64,000 nt of DNA. Source: Octopus sinensis. Lineage: Eukaryota. The stretch is taken from NCBI RefSeq assembly GCF_006345805.1, contig NC_042997.1:133424001-133488000 (forward strand), read 5' to 3'. The notes beneath the pieces were generated by a model, which saw only the letters and a list, made by a program, of their open reading frames with translations, made no database searches and was not told where the DNA came from. A program made the translations under genes and the position numbers. Positions 40,550-52,893 of this stretch are shown here, piece after piece. Numbering within the stretch: position 1 is the stretch's first letter; each line of letters opens with the position of its first letter.

Positions 40550-40613
40550 GGTTAATGGATAAGGCGTCTGACTCCGAATCAGAAGATTGCGAGTTCGAGT
40601 CTCGTCGTGGTCG
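40550..40613 (+). pseudogene. tRNA-Arg pseudogene with 5' deletion and anticodon changed to CCG
   Basis: About 9 nt of the acceptor and D stem are missing. Anticodon loop CTCCGAA. Confidence 0.8.
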
Positions 40614-40832
40614 AAATTATTTTTCTTTTTTTTTTAAACCTCCCACTAGAGTGGTACTCCGGTATTTTCGTTCATCTTGTTAGGGGCCTATTTAGTTGTG
40701 ACCATTCATAGACACCACCTCGGTCAGTTCACCCTTGACCTTGCGGAACATGAAGGATGTGACCATTGGAGTGAGAACGGCCCTATCAGTACTTGACTTG
40801 AAGGCTATAGGCTAAAGTGCAAAAATCGTATC

Positions 40833-40861
40833 GGCCGCGTAGCCCAATAGATAAGGCGTCT
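40833..40861 (+). pseudogene. 5' fragment of tRNA-Arg (paralog of the 15994 pseudogene)
   Basis: GGCCGCGTAGCCCAATAGATAAGGCGTCT joined directly to leader sequence AGTAAGTGTATATCGG. Confidence 0.75.
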
Positions 40862-41003
40862 AGTAAGTGTATATCGGCCGAAACATTTGGAACCTTTCAC
40901 AAGCGGTGTACTTCTCTCAGTTACTACTCAAACAAAAAGGACTCCCACATGCGTGATTTATTTCATGAAATGTACATATTATTTTACAGATTCAGAATCT
41001 GTC

Positions 41004-41076
41004 GGCCGCGTGGCCTAATGGATAAGGCGTCTGACTTCGAATCAGAAGATTGCGAGTTCGAGTCTCGTCGTGATCG
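41004..41076 (+). tRNA. tRNA-Arg-TCG: tRNA-Arg(TCG), G70A acceptor mismatch
   Basis: Consensus except 3' CGTGATCG; T7 terminator. Confidence 0.82.
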
Positions 41077-41594
41077 AACTTTTTTTATTTTTAAACTTTC
41101 CGCTAGAGTAATACAACAGTAGATTCGTTCATCCTGTTAGGGCCCTATATAGTTGTGACCATGAATAGACACTATCTCGGTCCGCCCATCCTTGACCTTG
41201 TGGAACATTAAGGATGTGACAGTTGGAGTGAGGAACGGCTGTATCAGTACTTGGCTTGTAATCTACAGCTGAATAACTCGGGGTAACAGGAAATGAGCTG
41301 CCTTACTGAAGGTCACAACGCGCCGCCCAAATCAGGAATTTAAGCCACAACGTTATAATCACGAGTCGAAGACCGTAGCATCCTGGTCACGAGCCTTCAC
41401 ACAAAGGTGCTATCTTATGTCAATGGTAGACCTTCTGAGGTGTTGCTCATCCGTGCAGTAAGTATCTTTAAGAAACCAAATTGACGTATGATCTTGGTCT
41501 ATTTTTTAAAAAGATATAATTCAAATATGCACAATAATATAATCAGATATACTGTCCGAACAAAAGATAGGATGAACACTGCGAAGAAGGTTTT

Positions 41595-41692
41595 ATATTT
41601 TTTACATTATTTACATTTGACTGATATTTGTTCGATTCCAGGCAGTGACCTGAATAATAATAATAATAATAATAATGATGATGATGATGATT

Positions 41693-41748
<56 letters not shown>

Positions 41749-41948
41749 AAAAAAAACAACAACAACAATAATTATATCGAAAAATACCTTCGGAATGAGA
41801 ACCCAGGTTCGAAATTTCCCCAAGATATCTGATGAAGGCTGGAGGGTATATCAGCCGAAATGTTGTGTCAACAACAAATAAGATGAGGACAAATATCCGT
41901 CAAATGTAAATAATGTAGATAATTCCTCATCTCTTAAATATAGAATTG
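41595..41948 (+). mobile_element. Short PLE-derived insertion with inverted head, (AAT)n(GAT)n tract and HHR
   Basis: ~41604-41632 is the reverse complement of ~41889-41918. Imperfect 12-bp TSD GAAGAAGGTTTT/GAAGTAGATTTT. Absent from the paralog near 16590. Confidence 0.75.
41824..41869 (+). ncRNA. Minimal type I hammerhead motif
   Basis: GATAT-CTGATGA-A-GGCTG(GAGGGTATAT)CAGCC-GAAA-TG-TT-GTGTC. Canonical core; stem I has G-U pairs. Confidence 0.75.
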
Positions 41949-42164
41949 AAGTAGATTTTGTTGACAATTCTGCACAAAGTTAGCATACGGCTCATTGGTA
42001 AAAGCAACAGCAGCAAGTTTGTCTCCGGAGTAGCTGGTCCCAAGCTCAGTAAATGCTCTCATGTAGTCGCAGAATATAAATAGAAAGTAACGACAGACTT
42101 GCAAAAATATAACCGTAAACTAAGCACCAAATTAACCAGAGACTTTGCAATAAAAGAAATAACT

Positions 42165-42237
42165 CGACCACGACGAGACTCGAACTCGCAATCTTCTGAT
42201 TCGAAGTCAGACGCCTTATCCATTAGGCCACGCGGCC
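42165..42237 (-). tRNA. tRNA-Arg-TCG: tRNA-Arg(TCG)
   Basis: Consensus 73-nt sequence. Confidence 0.95.
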
Positions 42238-43278
42238 GACAGATTCTCAATATTTAACATATGCATTATATTTAGAGAACTAGTCAGTGTTTGTTGAGTG
42301 ATTTATATTTGGCCTTAATTTTAAGTATACAGTATAAATAAGCACGCAAGCAAGCAGGCATAACAACATACGTAGAACATACGGAAGCATAAGGACATAT
42401 TGATCCAGTCCACTAAGCTAGCATAAATGAATAATTCCGCGACGCACCGGTGATGCGAACCTATGATAAGGAAAGATCCTGAGAGTGTAGCTAACGGCAT
42501 AAAATTTTCGAAGGCTTATGTCTTCATTGAGAATGAGAGTCTAAATATATAATCGTTTCTGATTCAATCATAAGGCCATTATGAGGGATTACTCGATTAT
42601 ATCGACTCCAGTATTTGAGTAGTATATTATTTCATCGACTTCGGTGGGATGAAAAACAGCGTTGACTCTGGTGGGACTTGAACTCAGAACACAGAAATCC
42701 AAAGGTTTAAGTGCATTGTAATTAATGTCGGTATTTAATTCAGAATATTATGTTTACGATTATAGAAGCAAAATCATTAGAAGTTTAGATTTTAGGCTTA
42801 AGGCTAAATAGATTTATGATAATAATGACAGTGTGATAACAGTAAAAGGACAGGTGTTGCTGAGAGTGGATTTGGTTAGGTTGGGGTGGGGGAAGAGGAG
42901 AAAAATCTGGATAGGAAAAGAAGTTGGTGGGTTTGTAAAGAGCGATGCTGGGGAGTTGGGATTTGCCAATGAAAGCGATGTCCAGAATGTTGATGGTGGC
43001 GTTGGAGATGGTGAATTGAATTCTAAACTGAATTATGGTAAAAGGGGAAGATAATGTAGAAGTCATGGGGAAAGCACTGTAACTTTGTGCAGCGAAGAAA
43101 AAACTCGGCAGAGACCAGAGTCTGCGACTAGTGTCTAGTAAGTGTATAGCGGCTGAAAGATTCGGAACCTTTCGCAAGCGGTGTACTTCTGTCAATTACT
43201 GCCCAATCAAAAAGCACTCCCACATGCGTAATTTATTTTATGAAATCTACATATTATTTTAAAGATTGAAAACCTGTC

Positions 43279-43351
43279 GGCCGCGTGGCCTAATGGATAA
43301 GGCGTCTGACTTCGAATCAGAAGATTGCGAGTTCGAGTCTCGTCGTGGTCG
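43279..43351 (+). tRNA. tRNA-Arg-TCG: tRNA-Arg(TCG)
   Basis: Consensus 73-nt sequence with oligo-T terminator. Confidence 0.95.
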
Positions 43352-43536
43352 AATCCTTTTTTTCTTCTTTTTTTTAAACTTCCCGCTAAAGTGGTACTGA
43401 CGGATATTTGTTCGATTCAGGCAGTGATCTGAATAGTAGTAGTAGTAGTAATAATAATAATAATAATAGTAATAATAATATTAATAATATCGAAAAATAC
43501 CTTCGGAATGAGAACCCAGGTTCGAAATTTCCCCAA

Positions 43537-43582
43537 GATATCTGATGAAGGCTGGAGGGTATATCAGCCGAAATGTTGTGTC
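43537..43582 (+). ncRNA. Duplicate of the 41824 hammerhead motif
   Basis: Identical motif inside the ~43398-44110 duplicate of ~41618-42398. Confidence 0.75.
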
Positions 43583-43877
43583 AACAACAAATAAGATGAG
43601 GACAAATATCCGTCAAATGTAAATAATGTAGATAATTCCTCATCTCTTAAATAGAGAATTGAAGTAGATTTTGTTGACAATTCTGCACAAAGTTAGCATA
43701 CGGCTCATTGGTAAAAGCAACAGCAGCAAGTTTGTCTCCGGAGTAGCTGGTCCCAAGCTCAGTAAATGCTCTCATGTATTCGCAGAATATAAATAGAAAG
43801 TAACGACAGACTTGCAAAAATATAACCGTAAACTAAGCACCAAATTAACCAGAGACTTTGCAATAAAAGAAACAACT

Positions 43878-43950
43878 CGACCACGACGAGACTCGAACTC
43901 GCAATCTTCTGATTCGAAGTCAGACGCCTTATCCATTAGGCCACGCGGCC
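43878..43950 (-). tRNA. tRNA-Arg-TCG: tRNA-Arg(TCG)
   Basis: Consensus 73-nt sequence. Confidence 0.95.
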
Positions 43951-44126
43951 GGTCTGACTGCCTGCTTTAAAATAAGCATTATATTTAGAAAACCACTCAG
44001 TGTTTGTTGAGTGATTTATATTTGGCCTTAATTTCAAGTATACAATATAAATAAGCACGCAAGCAAGCTAGCATAACAACACGTAGAACATACGGAAGCA
44101 TAAGGACATACGTACGTATATATATG

Positions 44127-44223
<97 letters not shown>

Positions 44224-44919
44224 GTATGTATATATATATGTATATATATATATATATAATATATATATATGTATGTGTGTGTTTACATACACACGCTCAC
44301 ATGGACGTGTGTGAGTGTGCGTATGTATATCTTATCCGCAAATACACACAAACACAATCATATTAATCTCCACTACCTTGCTTCTCCGTATACATACAAC
44401 TTCTCATCGTTCCGCCTCCTTCATTCTTTCTAATTGCTCTTTCATTCACTCTCTCTCTCTCTCTCTCTCTTTCTTTCACTCACTCTTTTTGTGTCTCTCT
44501 CTTTTGCTTCTCTCTCTTTCTGCTTCTCTCTCTTTTCTGTCACGCTCACATTCATGCGGTCGGGAACCCGCACACACACATACACACAAACACACACACA
44601 CACAACACACACACACACACACACCACACACACACACACACACACACCACACACATACATACACACAAACACACATACATACACACACACACGTATATGT
44701 TGCCTGTATGTGTGTCCGTTCCGCTATGATATTCTATGATTCTATTATCATTTTCACATAGAGGCTGCGGCCGGGCTGGAGCACCCTCATTAGAAATTAG
44801 CGAAGTTTCGATCTACGGACCACTAAATTATGAGCCTAGCCCGCTCCCCACTGCCCCACTCTACTCCACATACATACATGCTTATACACACACATATACA
44901 TACCTACATACATACTTTT

Positions 44920-45151
44920 TTTATTTGTTATTACCCACAAGGGTCTAAACATAGAGGGGACAAACAAGGACAGACAAACGAATTAAGTCAATTACATCGA
45001 CCCCAGTGCGTAACTGGTACTTAATTAATCGACCCCGAAAGGATGAAAGGCAAAGTCGACCTCGGCGGAATTTGAACTCAGAACGTAACGGCAGACGAAA
45101 TACGGCTACGCATTTCGCCCGGCGTCCTAACGTTTCTGCCAGCTCGCCGCC
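44920..45151 (-). mobile_element. SINE family B
   Basis: Reverse complement of the 11582 family. Confidence 0.88.
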
Positions 45152-45251
45152 TTCAAACCCACATACATACCTACCTACCTTCCTATCTACCTACCTACCT
45201 ACCTACCTACCTACCTACCTACCTACATACATACATACATACATACATACA

Positions 45252-45282
<31 letters not shown>

Positions 45283-45524
45283 GTTTGCATATGTGTATGT
45301 ATATATACATATATACATATATTATTACATGCTACATATATATGTAGCGCTGTCACTGTATCTCACCTCCGAAGAGGAGGGGGTCGCCACATCGAAAACG
45401 GTACAGGAGTAGGACCGAAACAGGACGTGGTTCCTCCTGATGATGTCTTAAGCCACTGGATCCTATAAAGGAGCTGTTGAGGTAGCGAACAACAAGACGT
45501 GGTTGGAATTCCTTACATACATAT

Positions 45525-45631
45525 CACCTTGGGCAAGTGTCTTCTACTATAGCCTCGGGCCGACCAAAGCCTTGTGAGTAGATTTGGTAAACGGAAACTG
45601 AAAGAAGCCCGTCGTATATATATATATAATA

Positions 45632-45680
<49 letters not shown>

Positions 45681-45915
45681 GTATGTATGTATGTATGTAT
45701 GTATATGTTTGTGTGTCTGTGTTTTTCCCCCAACATTGCTTGACAACCGATGCTGGCGAGTTTACATCCCCGTAACTTAGCGGTTCGGCAAGAGTGACCG
45801 ATTGAATAAGTACTAGGCTTACAAAGAATAGTCCTGGGTTCGATTTGCTCGATTAAAGGTGGTGCTCCAGCATGGCCGCAGTCGAATGACTGAAACAAAA
45901 GAATAAAAGAATAAA
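45525..45915 (+). mobile_element. SINE family A, 5'-truncated
   Basis: Runs from the CORE-like CACCTTGGGCAAGTGTCTT to the tail. Confidence 0.85.
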
Positions 45916-45939
45916 CGGATACATACATGCATATTCTTT

Positions 45940-45970
<31 letters not shown>

Positions 45971-46232
45971 GTATGTATGTATGTATTATGTATGTATGTG
46001 TGTATGTATATGTGTGTGTGTATGTATGTATGTATGTATGTATGTATGTATGCATGCATGTATGTATGTATGTATGTATGTATGTATGTATGCATGCATG
46101 TATGTATGTATGTATGTATGTATGTATGCATGCATGTATGCATGCATGTATGCATGTATGTATGTATGTATGTATGTATGTATGTATGTATGTATGCATG
46201 CATGCATGTATGTATGTATGTATGTATGTATG
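45940..46232. repeat. (TATG)n microsatellite
   Basis: Read directly from the sequence. Confidence 0.95.
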
Positions 46233-46353
46233 TGCAGCGGAAACACGTGTTGGTCAATTTACCTATCAAATTATGCCGTATGACAAAACGTAAAATTAAA
46301 AGAGAACTTTGATGACGTTCCAGTCTCCCTGTTCTTTATACTTATTTGACATA

Positions 46354-46400
<47 letters not shown>

Positions 46401-46973
46401 TGCTATTTATAGCTAATAAAGGTTTCACAATACTCTTAACTAATGAATTCCAAATTAATTTATTCGTCTTGTTTCGCTCATATATCAATTGAAATGTAAT
46501 TACAAAAGCTACTGCGAGGGTGTGAGAGACTATATTTTGCTCCTGTTTGCGTTTGAACTGTGTATGTTTGTCTCTGTGCCTGCGGTGAATATCGTGCACA
46601 AATCTACGCTTAACCAAACAGAAGCGATACCACATCACGAGCCTTCAAGCGTGCTAGAAATAAACACCAAATTTCCTCAGAACGAACACATTAGATAACG
46701 TGGTCTGGAGGCAAGGAGGTTAGTGCAGCTGGAATATATTTCATAAGTTTAGGTTAGTGGTTCTTGATTTTATTTATTTTATTTTTATTTCATTTATTTA
46801 TTCATCTATTTTTGTAACGCCTTTCTTTCGAGTAGTTATGCCTAACGTCCACCGAGGTGGTAAGCGAGGTATCACGGCTAAACTAACTTAACATGGATGA
46901 TAATTTATAGTTTGTACTCGACAAATGGATTGTAGAAGCTTTTAACAGTGAAATGAAAAAAAAAATTAGTATA

Positions 46974-47144
46974 GGCGTAGGAGTGGCTGTGTGGTAAGTA
47001 GCTTGATTACCAACCACATGGTTCCGAGTCCAGTCCCACTGCGTGGCACCTTGGGCAAGTATCTTCTTCTATAGCCTCAGGTCGACCAAAGCCTTGTGAG
47101 TGGATCTAGTAAACGGAAACTGAAAGAAGCCCGTCGTATATATG

Positions 47145-47187
<43 letters not shown>

Positions 47188-47430
47188 CTGTGTGTGTGTG
47201 TGTATGTATGTATGTATATGTTTGTGTGTCCGTGTTTGTCCCCCCAACATCGCTTGACAACCGATGCTGGTGTGTTTACGTCGCCGTAACTTAGCGGTTC
47301 GGCAAAGAGACCGATAGAATAAATACTAGGCTTACAAAAAATAAGTCCTGGGATCGATTTGCTCGACTAAAGGCGATGCTCCAGCATGGCCACAGTCAAA
47401 TGACTGAAACAAGTAAAAGAGTAAAAAGAG
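46974..47430 (+). mobile_element. SINE family A
   Basis: Full-length match to the family. Confidence 0.9.
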
Positions 47431-47749
47431 TATTGACCGAAGTTATAAATTTACTTTATACACTGCGTGGCACCTTGGGCAAGTGTCTTCTAACTATAGC
47501 CTCGGGCCTACCAAAGCCATGTAAGTGGATTAAGCTGACGGAAACTGAAAGAAGCCCGTCGTATATTCCGCCTTGGAGCGGTACCACCCACTTAGAGAAC
47601 CTCTGGTTTAGTCAATCAGAACTGAACATGTGAATTTGCAACAGCAAAATTTAAGGTATTAGTCACGCTCGAGATATGGAAAGCCGTAAGGAAAAACAAC
47701 TCGTGTTGAAAAATATGCTTTTGTTATTAGTGAGTGGTGTGTAGAAAGA

Positions 47750-48186
47750 CATCACACCACACCACACTTCACCATACAACATTACACATCACATCACAAC
47801 ACACCACCCACACACCCATCCCCACATCTTTAAACCTACACATACACGCACACGTCCAGACCACCAGCCCTCTTTCACACGCACATACATACTCTCTTAT
47901 ACACGCCCCTTTGTGTTGGGGGTCATCTTTACCTTGTTATCTCCTCTACTTTCCTCCTCGTGTTTGACCCTTCTATCCGGCACTAGTCGCCATGATAGAT
48001 CGTTAGCCACTACACACATTTTTTCTCTCCTTGTTTCTTTCCTTGTTTTTTTCTGTGTCCCTTTCTGTAGAAGAGCGAAGGCTCGAAACGTAAAAGACTT
48101 TTTCTATTCCTGAGCGTTATACTAATACATCTGTTTGTTTTGTACACCACCTGTCTTCGTCTTTTGTTTTTTTCGTAAACTCTCCC

Positions 48187-48190
<4 letters not shown>
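47750..48190 (+). mobile_element. 3' terminus of the same Penelope family as 6205-7780, with HHR-like motif at 48061-48097
   Basis: Aligns with 7220-7780. CTTT-CTGTAGA-A-GAGC(GAAG)GCTC-GAAA-CG-TA-AAAG. Confidence 0.8.
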
Positions 48191-48220
<30 letters not shown>

Positions 48221-48268
48221 ATATATATATATATACATACATAATACATACGTACTTATGTATGTATG

Positions 48269-48302
<34 letters not shown>

Positions 48303-48859
48303 TGCGTGTGTGTATATAAATGTGTATGTATATATGTATGTATGTATATATGTATGTATGCGTGTGTGTATATAAATGTGTGTGTGTGTATGTGTGTGTT
48401 CATATCTGTGTTTGTCCCACCATCACCGCTTGATAACCGATGTTGGTGTGCTTACGTCCCTAGCGGTTCGGCCAAAGGACCGATAGAATAAGTACTTGGC
48501 TTAAAAAATAAGTCCTGGGGCTGATTTGTTCGACTAAAATCTCCAGCATGTATATGAGCAACGTGAAATGAAGTGTTTTGCTCAAGAACAACAACGCGTT
48601 GTCCGGTCCAGGAATCGAAACCACAATCTTACGATCATGGTGTTGACACCCTTACCACTAAGCCACGCGCCTCCACTGTGTATAGTAATGGTATACTAAA
48701 ACTACAATTATCTAGGATAATTATAACAGCCTCTCCTATAAAAGTCACAAAGCTTCAGGAAATCACCTCGTAATTTCTCATTAGTACTTTTTTCTCTTCC
48801 TCGCTTAATTGTATGACTACCCACATACAAATTGCATCCTATCATTGTAATATCTCCCT

Positions 48860-49265
48860 TCTCATACATACTTGTGCCAAGACGTGGCAGTGTTGCTGAA
48901 GAGTACAACTGGTTCGAGATAAACTCTAAAAGCATGGAAGTACCGCCAGACGGGGACTGCTCGAGATGTTCGCAGAGTGACGATGCCGTAGTGCACGAAT
49001 TGGTGCAGTGTCCAAGCATTGCATTTATGTCAAAAAGCTGTTGTCACGTGTAGGACGAATCCGATTACTGGCGAAGTCCATCATGTGAACGCCTCCCCAC
49101 CCACCTTTTTCGCCAGGTAGAGCAGGCTGCGTTCCTCAGTTCAGTGACTATGAGGAAAGAGGTTGTGTGGTGGACTGAGACTTTTGAGGAAAGGAAAAAT
49201 GAGGGTGGAGAAAGCAATGTTCTCTACTTATGAATTTGTCAAAAAGTGGGTGACAATGACAAAAA
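48860..49265 (+). mobile_element. Decayed L1/Tx1-like LINE C-terminal fragment
   Basis: DCSRCSQSDDAVVHELVQCPSI zinc-knuckle relic, similar to the 58499 ORF. Confidence 0.5.
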
Positions 49266-49397
49266 TAGTTTTCAGTTCAAATTCCGTCGAAACTGACTTT
49301 GTCTTTCATCGTCTTGGGGGTCGATAAATTAAGTAATGGTCAAGCACTGTAATCGACAAGTCCATTCCCCAAATTTCAGGTCTTGTCTATAGTAGAA

Positions 49398-49445
<48 letters not shown>

Positions 49446-50004
49446 GGGTTAGAGTCAGCGCATGCGATCAAAGTGACACAGAGGTAAAATATACGAAGCC
49501 CAGTATACCCATCATGACTACCCATCTGATAAGGGTACACCAGGCACATGCATCACAACCATATGTACGTGACATGATGTTCTCATATCAAGATAAACAG
49601 CACATGACCTTGCAGGTGGGGCCCAGTTAGAATTTTTCTTCCGGTTGAGTAGCTCATCCTGCTCAAAAGGTCCCTGAATATGGGTTGTCTAAAGATGTTG
49701 AACGAAACACCCATGTTTCCAGAGGTGAATTATTCAAACTCCAAAAAATTCCTCTCGTCACATAGCTATGATGCTCCCCTACTACTCCTGCTTGTGATCA
49801 AGAGATGCACAAATCGTCAGCCACTAAGGGACATGCTCAACTTGTTAGGGTGAAACAACTGACAAGCAATCTGTGGTATTGAGCAGAATATTTGCTGTAG
49901 CTATCTTTTATACCAAAACAAAACATGTACATGATAACACTTCGAATCAGTTAAGACTAGAAGCCATGAGAGCCAGTGCCTGTTATTGCATCAGGTCATT
50001 TATT

Positions 50005-50915
50005 ATCGTCAGACGCTCACAATCCCCCGCCAGTCGGGCAATGGGATCGGTGAATGTTCTGCTTTGGAAATTTATAGAGAATTAATGGCGGCGAAGTGCG
50101 ACAACGTTCTCGGGGAAACTCTAGGCGCCGACATGAACGAACCGGCTAGCCTGTTCTGGAGGACTTTCCGGTCGGAAACTACAATGGATAATTTCCAGAT
50201 GTCCTTAGCCTGGCAGGGCTACCGGGGGCGGGAGAGGCACTAACGGCTGTTGATATACTCTACAGTCACGGTTGGACTGTCAGACGGGCTTGTTCGAGGT
50301 GCGCGCAGTGTCCAAACCGTTCTAGCTGCTATCACGTGTGGGACGGATTCATCTTTCAGCCGAGTCTGTAGTAATGATTGCCCTGCTGTCCTCCTTCAAT
50401 CGGGCAGGCAAAGCAGTATTCCTTTGCCTGGTGGCTGTGGCGAAAGAGGTTGTTTAGTGGATAAGGTTGAAAGGCATAAGGACTGATACATTCCTCTTTG
50501 GTAGAGCTCTCATTGTCTTCTTCAAGTTTCACTTCCAAGGGAAATTGAGAATGGTGAGGGAAGTGCTGTCCTTGAGTGAGTTTATTAAAAGGTGGGTGAA
50601 AATTACGAAAATGTCAAGAGTTAGAGGGAAGGATCTGGAGAGGGCACTTGCTTTTGGGGTTTCAGGGTAATTTCGGACAGTGGGGTTCCTCGATTATCCC
50701 TAGAGGCCTTCCTGTATCAGGTGAGTCACATCTCTGTCATCCTCCCTGCCACTTATTTTTTACCTTTGTATGCTATGCATATGTCCCTTCTTTTTCGGTG
50801 TATACCGTGTATACTCACATTTTTTAATCATTTCATTAACGTAAACACCCACGCATTATGCCTTTCTTTGTATTGCCTCCCTCATCCTTCGCCGTTGTGG
50901 AAAATCAATGAAATC
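50005..50915 (+). mobile_element. Decayed L1/Tx1-like LINE 3' end with (TTA)n tail
   Basis: Relics LFWRTF...MDNFQMSLAWQ and LIVFFKFHFQGKLRMVREVLSLSEFIKRW, similar to the 58499 ORF. Confidence 0.55.
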
Positions 50916-50916
50916 A

Positions 50917-50983
<67 letters not shown>

Positions 50984-51292
50984 GGAGGCGCAATGGCCCA
51001 GTGGTTAGGGCAGCAGACTCGCGGTGGTAGGATCGCGGTTTCGATTCCCGGACCGGGCGTTGTGAGTGTTTATTGAGCGAAAACACCAAAAGCTCCATGA
51101 GGCTCCGGCAGGAGGTGGTGGCGATCCCTGTTGTACTCTTTCGCCACAACTTTCTCTCACTCTTTTTTCTGTTGGCCTGCTCGCTTAGCCAGCGGGGTGG
51201 CGTCATTTGAAGGCTAAAATAATGCGAAGCGCATTGTGACCATCGGTGTATAGCAACATCTGATAGCCTGGTCGGTTACGGTGATCACGGTG
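50984..51292 (+). mobile_element. tRNA-derived SINE (family C)
   Basis: Head GGAGGCGCAATGGCCCAGTGGTTAGGGC...GGTTTCGATTCC, shared with the 59896 copy. Confidence 0.8.
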
Positions 51293-51462
51293 ATTATTAC
51301 TATTGTTGTTGTTTTTGTGGTTGTTGTTGTTATTATTATTATTGTTAAAGTCTAACAAATTATTGCTTACAAATTTTTTCACATGCTTATGATATATCTG
51401 TGTGTGTGTGTGTATATATGGGTGCCTGCTTGTATGTATACATATATACGTATATTTCTGTA

Positions 51463-51508
<46 letters not shown>

Positions 51509-51948
51509 CGTGTGTGTGCCTGTGTGTATTTGTGCGTGTGTGCGCGCGCGCATGTTTACGTGTGCATGTGTAAATGCGTAAATTTGTGATGAGTTACAAT
51601 GAAGACGGACTATTTCTAAATTAGGCTAAAATTAGGTTCTGCTTTACATCTTAGTGTGTTAGTCAAGCAGAACTAATTAATGACCAGATGGTAAATCGTT
51701 TCGTAAGAATAAAAAGAAAGATGATTGTAGCAACGGGGTAATGGTAGATAATGAAAAGATGACGAATAAGTATTCTATTACTGATAGTTTTCATGATAAC
51801 TTATGAAAGACGATAAGGTTAAGCAGAGCATTTTATCGCTGAAGGAAAGCCGGTTTACGGTAACAGGTAACAGAAATAAATCAAATACCTGTTGCAAACC
51901 GGAAAATAAATAGATAAATAAAATATATGAAATAAATAAATAAATATA

Positions 51949-52113
51949 AGCGTAGGAGTGGCTGTGTGGTAAGTAGCTTGCTTACCAACCACATAGTTCC
52001 GGGTTCAGTCCCACTGCGTGGCACCTTGGGCAAGTGTCTTCTACTATAGCCTCGGGCCGACCAAAGCCTTGTGGGTGGATTAGGTAGACGGAAACTAAAA
52101 GAAGCCTGTCGAA

Positions 52114-52160
<47 letters not shown>

Positions 52161-52345
52161 ATATGTTTGTGTGTCTGTGTTTTTTCCCCCCAACATCGCT
52201 TGACAACCGATGCTGGTGTGTTTACGTCCCCGTAACTTAGCGGTTCGGCAAAAGAGACCGATAAAATAAGCACGAGGCTTAGAAAGAGTAAGTCCTGGGG
52301 TCGATTTGCTTGAAATGACTGAAACAAGTAAAAGAGTAAAAGAAT
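51949..52345 (+). mobile_element. SINE family A
   Basis: Full-length match with a small 3' deletion. Confidence 0.88.
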
Positions 52346-52583
52346 AAATAAATAATAGAAATATTAAAATTACTAAGTCTCTCTAAAGGAGATTACGGCA
52401 GTGTTACAGGAAATTAATAGTTATCGCCATACTTATATGGCAGTCTTATAAATATAAGACTAAAGCTGTCACTAATTAGCTCCAAGAGGCCACCCCCTCA
52501 AGCTAGCTATTTGACACACAACCTGCGTCCATTATAAACCTTCGAACAGGGGAGGTCAGCCGCTTCATCCTGCCAGTCAGACA

Positions 52584-52626
52584 GCTGCAGACATGTTTCA
52601 GGGTATTTGCCCTTTATCAATGCAGC
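52584..52626 (-). ncRNA. Hammerhead motif, U3:A8 variant (inverted copy)
   Basis: Reverse complement of 52851-52893. Confidence 0.78.
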
Positions 52627-52850
52627 TTGGAGCTAATCAGCGACAGCTTTAGTCTTATATTTATAAGACTGCCATATAAGTATGGCGATAACTATTAATT
52701 TCCAGTAACGCTGCCGTAATCTCCTTTAGAGAGACTTAGTCATTTTAATATTTCTATTATTGAAAACAAGTGGATGTATTCCACTGAAACTAGGTAAATA
52801 GATTATTCGAACAGGGACAGTCAGTAGCGACACCTGCTGAGTCTGACTAC

Positions 52851-52893
52851 GCTGCATTGATAAAGGGCAAATACCCTGAAACATGTCTGCAGC
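52851..52893 (+). ncRNA. Minimal type I hammerhead motif with U3:A8 compensatory core
   Basis: GCTGCA-TTGATAA-AGGG(CAAATA)CCCT-GAAA-CATG-TC-TGCAGC. Perfect stems I and II, palindromic ACATGT, GUC site. Confidence 0.8.

Noticed and set aside
45345-45512. GC-rich segment with ACATC-GAAA...CTGAT-GATGT and a TATAAA box
   Set aside because: Single copy. It could be an LTR fragment or the permuted motif, but the spacing differs and the evidence is insufficient.
52752-52802. Second HHR-like half (AGTGG..CCACT-GAAA-CTAG) in the 365-nt unit
   Set aside because: No CUGANGA-like strand and no proper U16.1. It may be a relic but cannot be supported.
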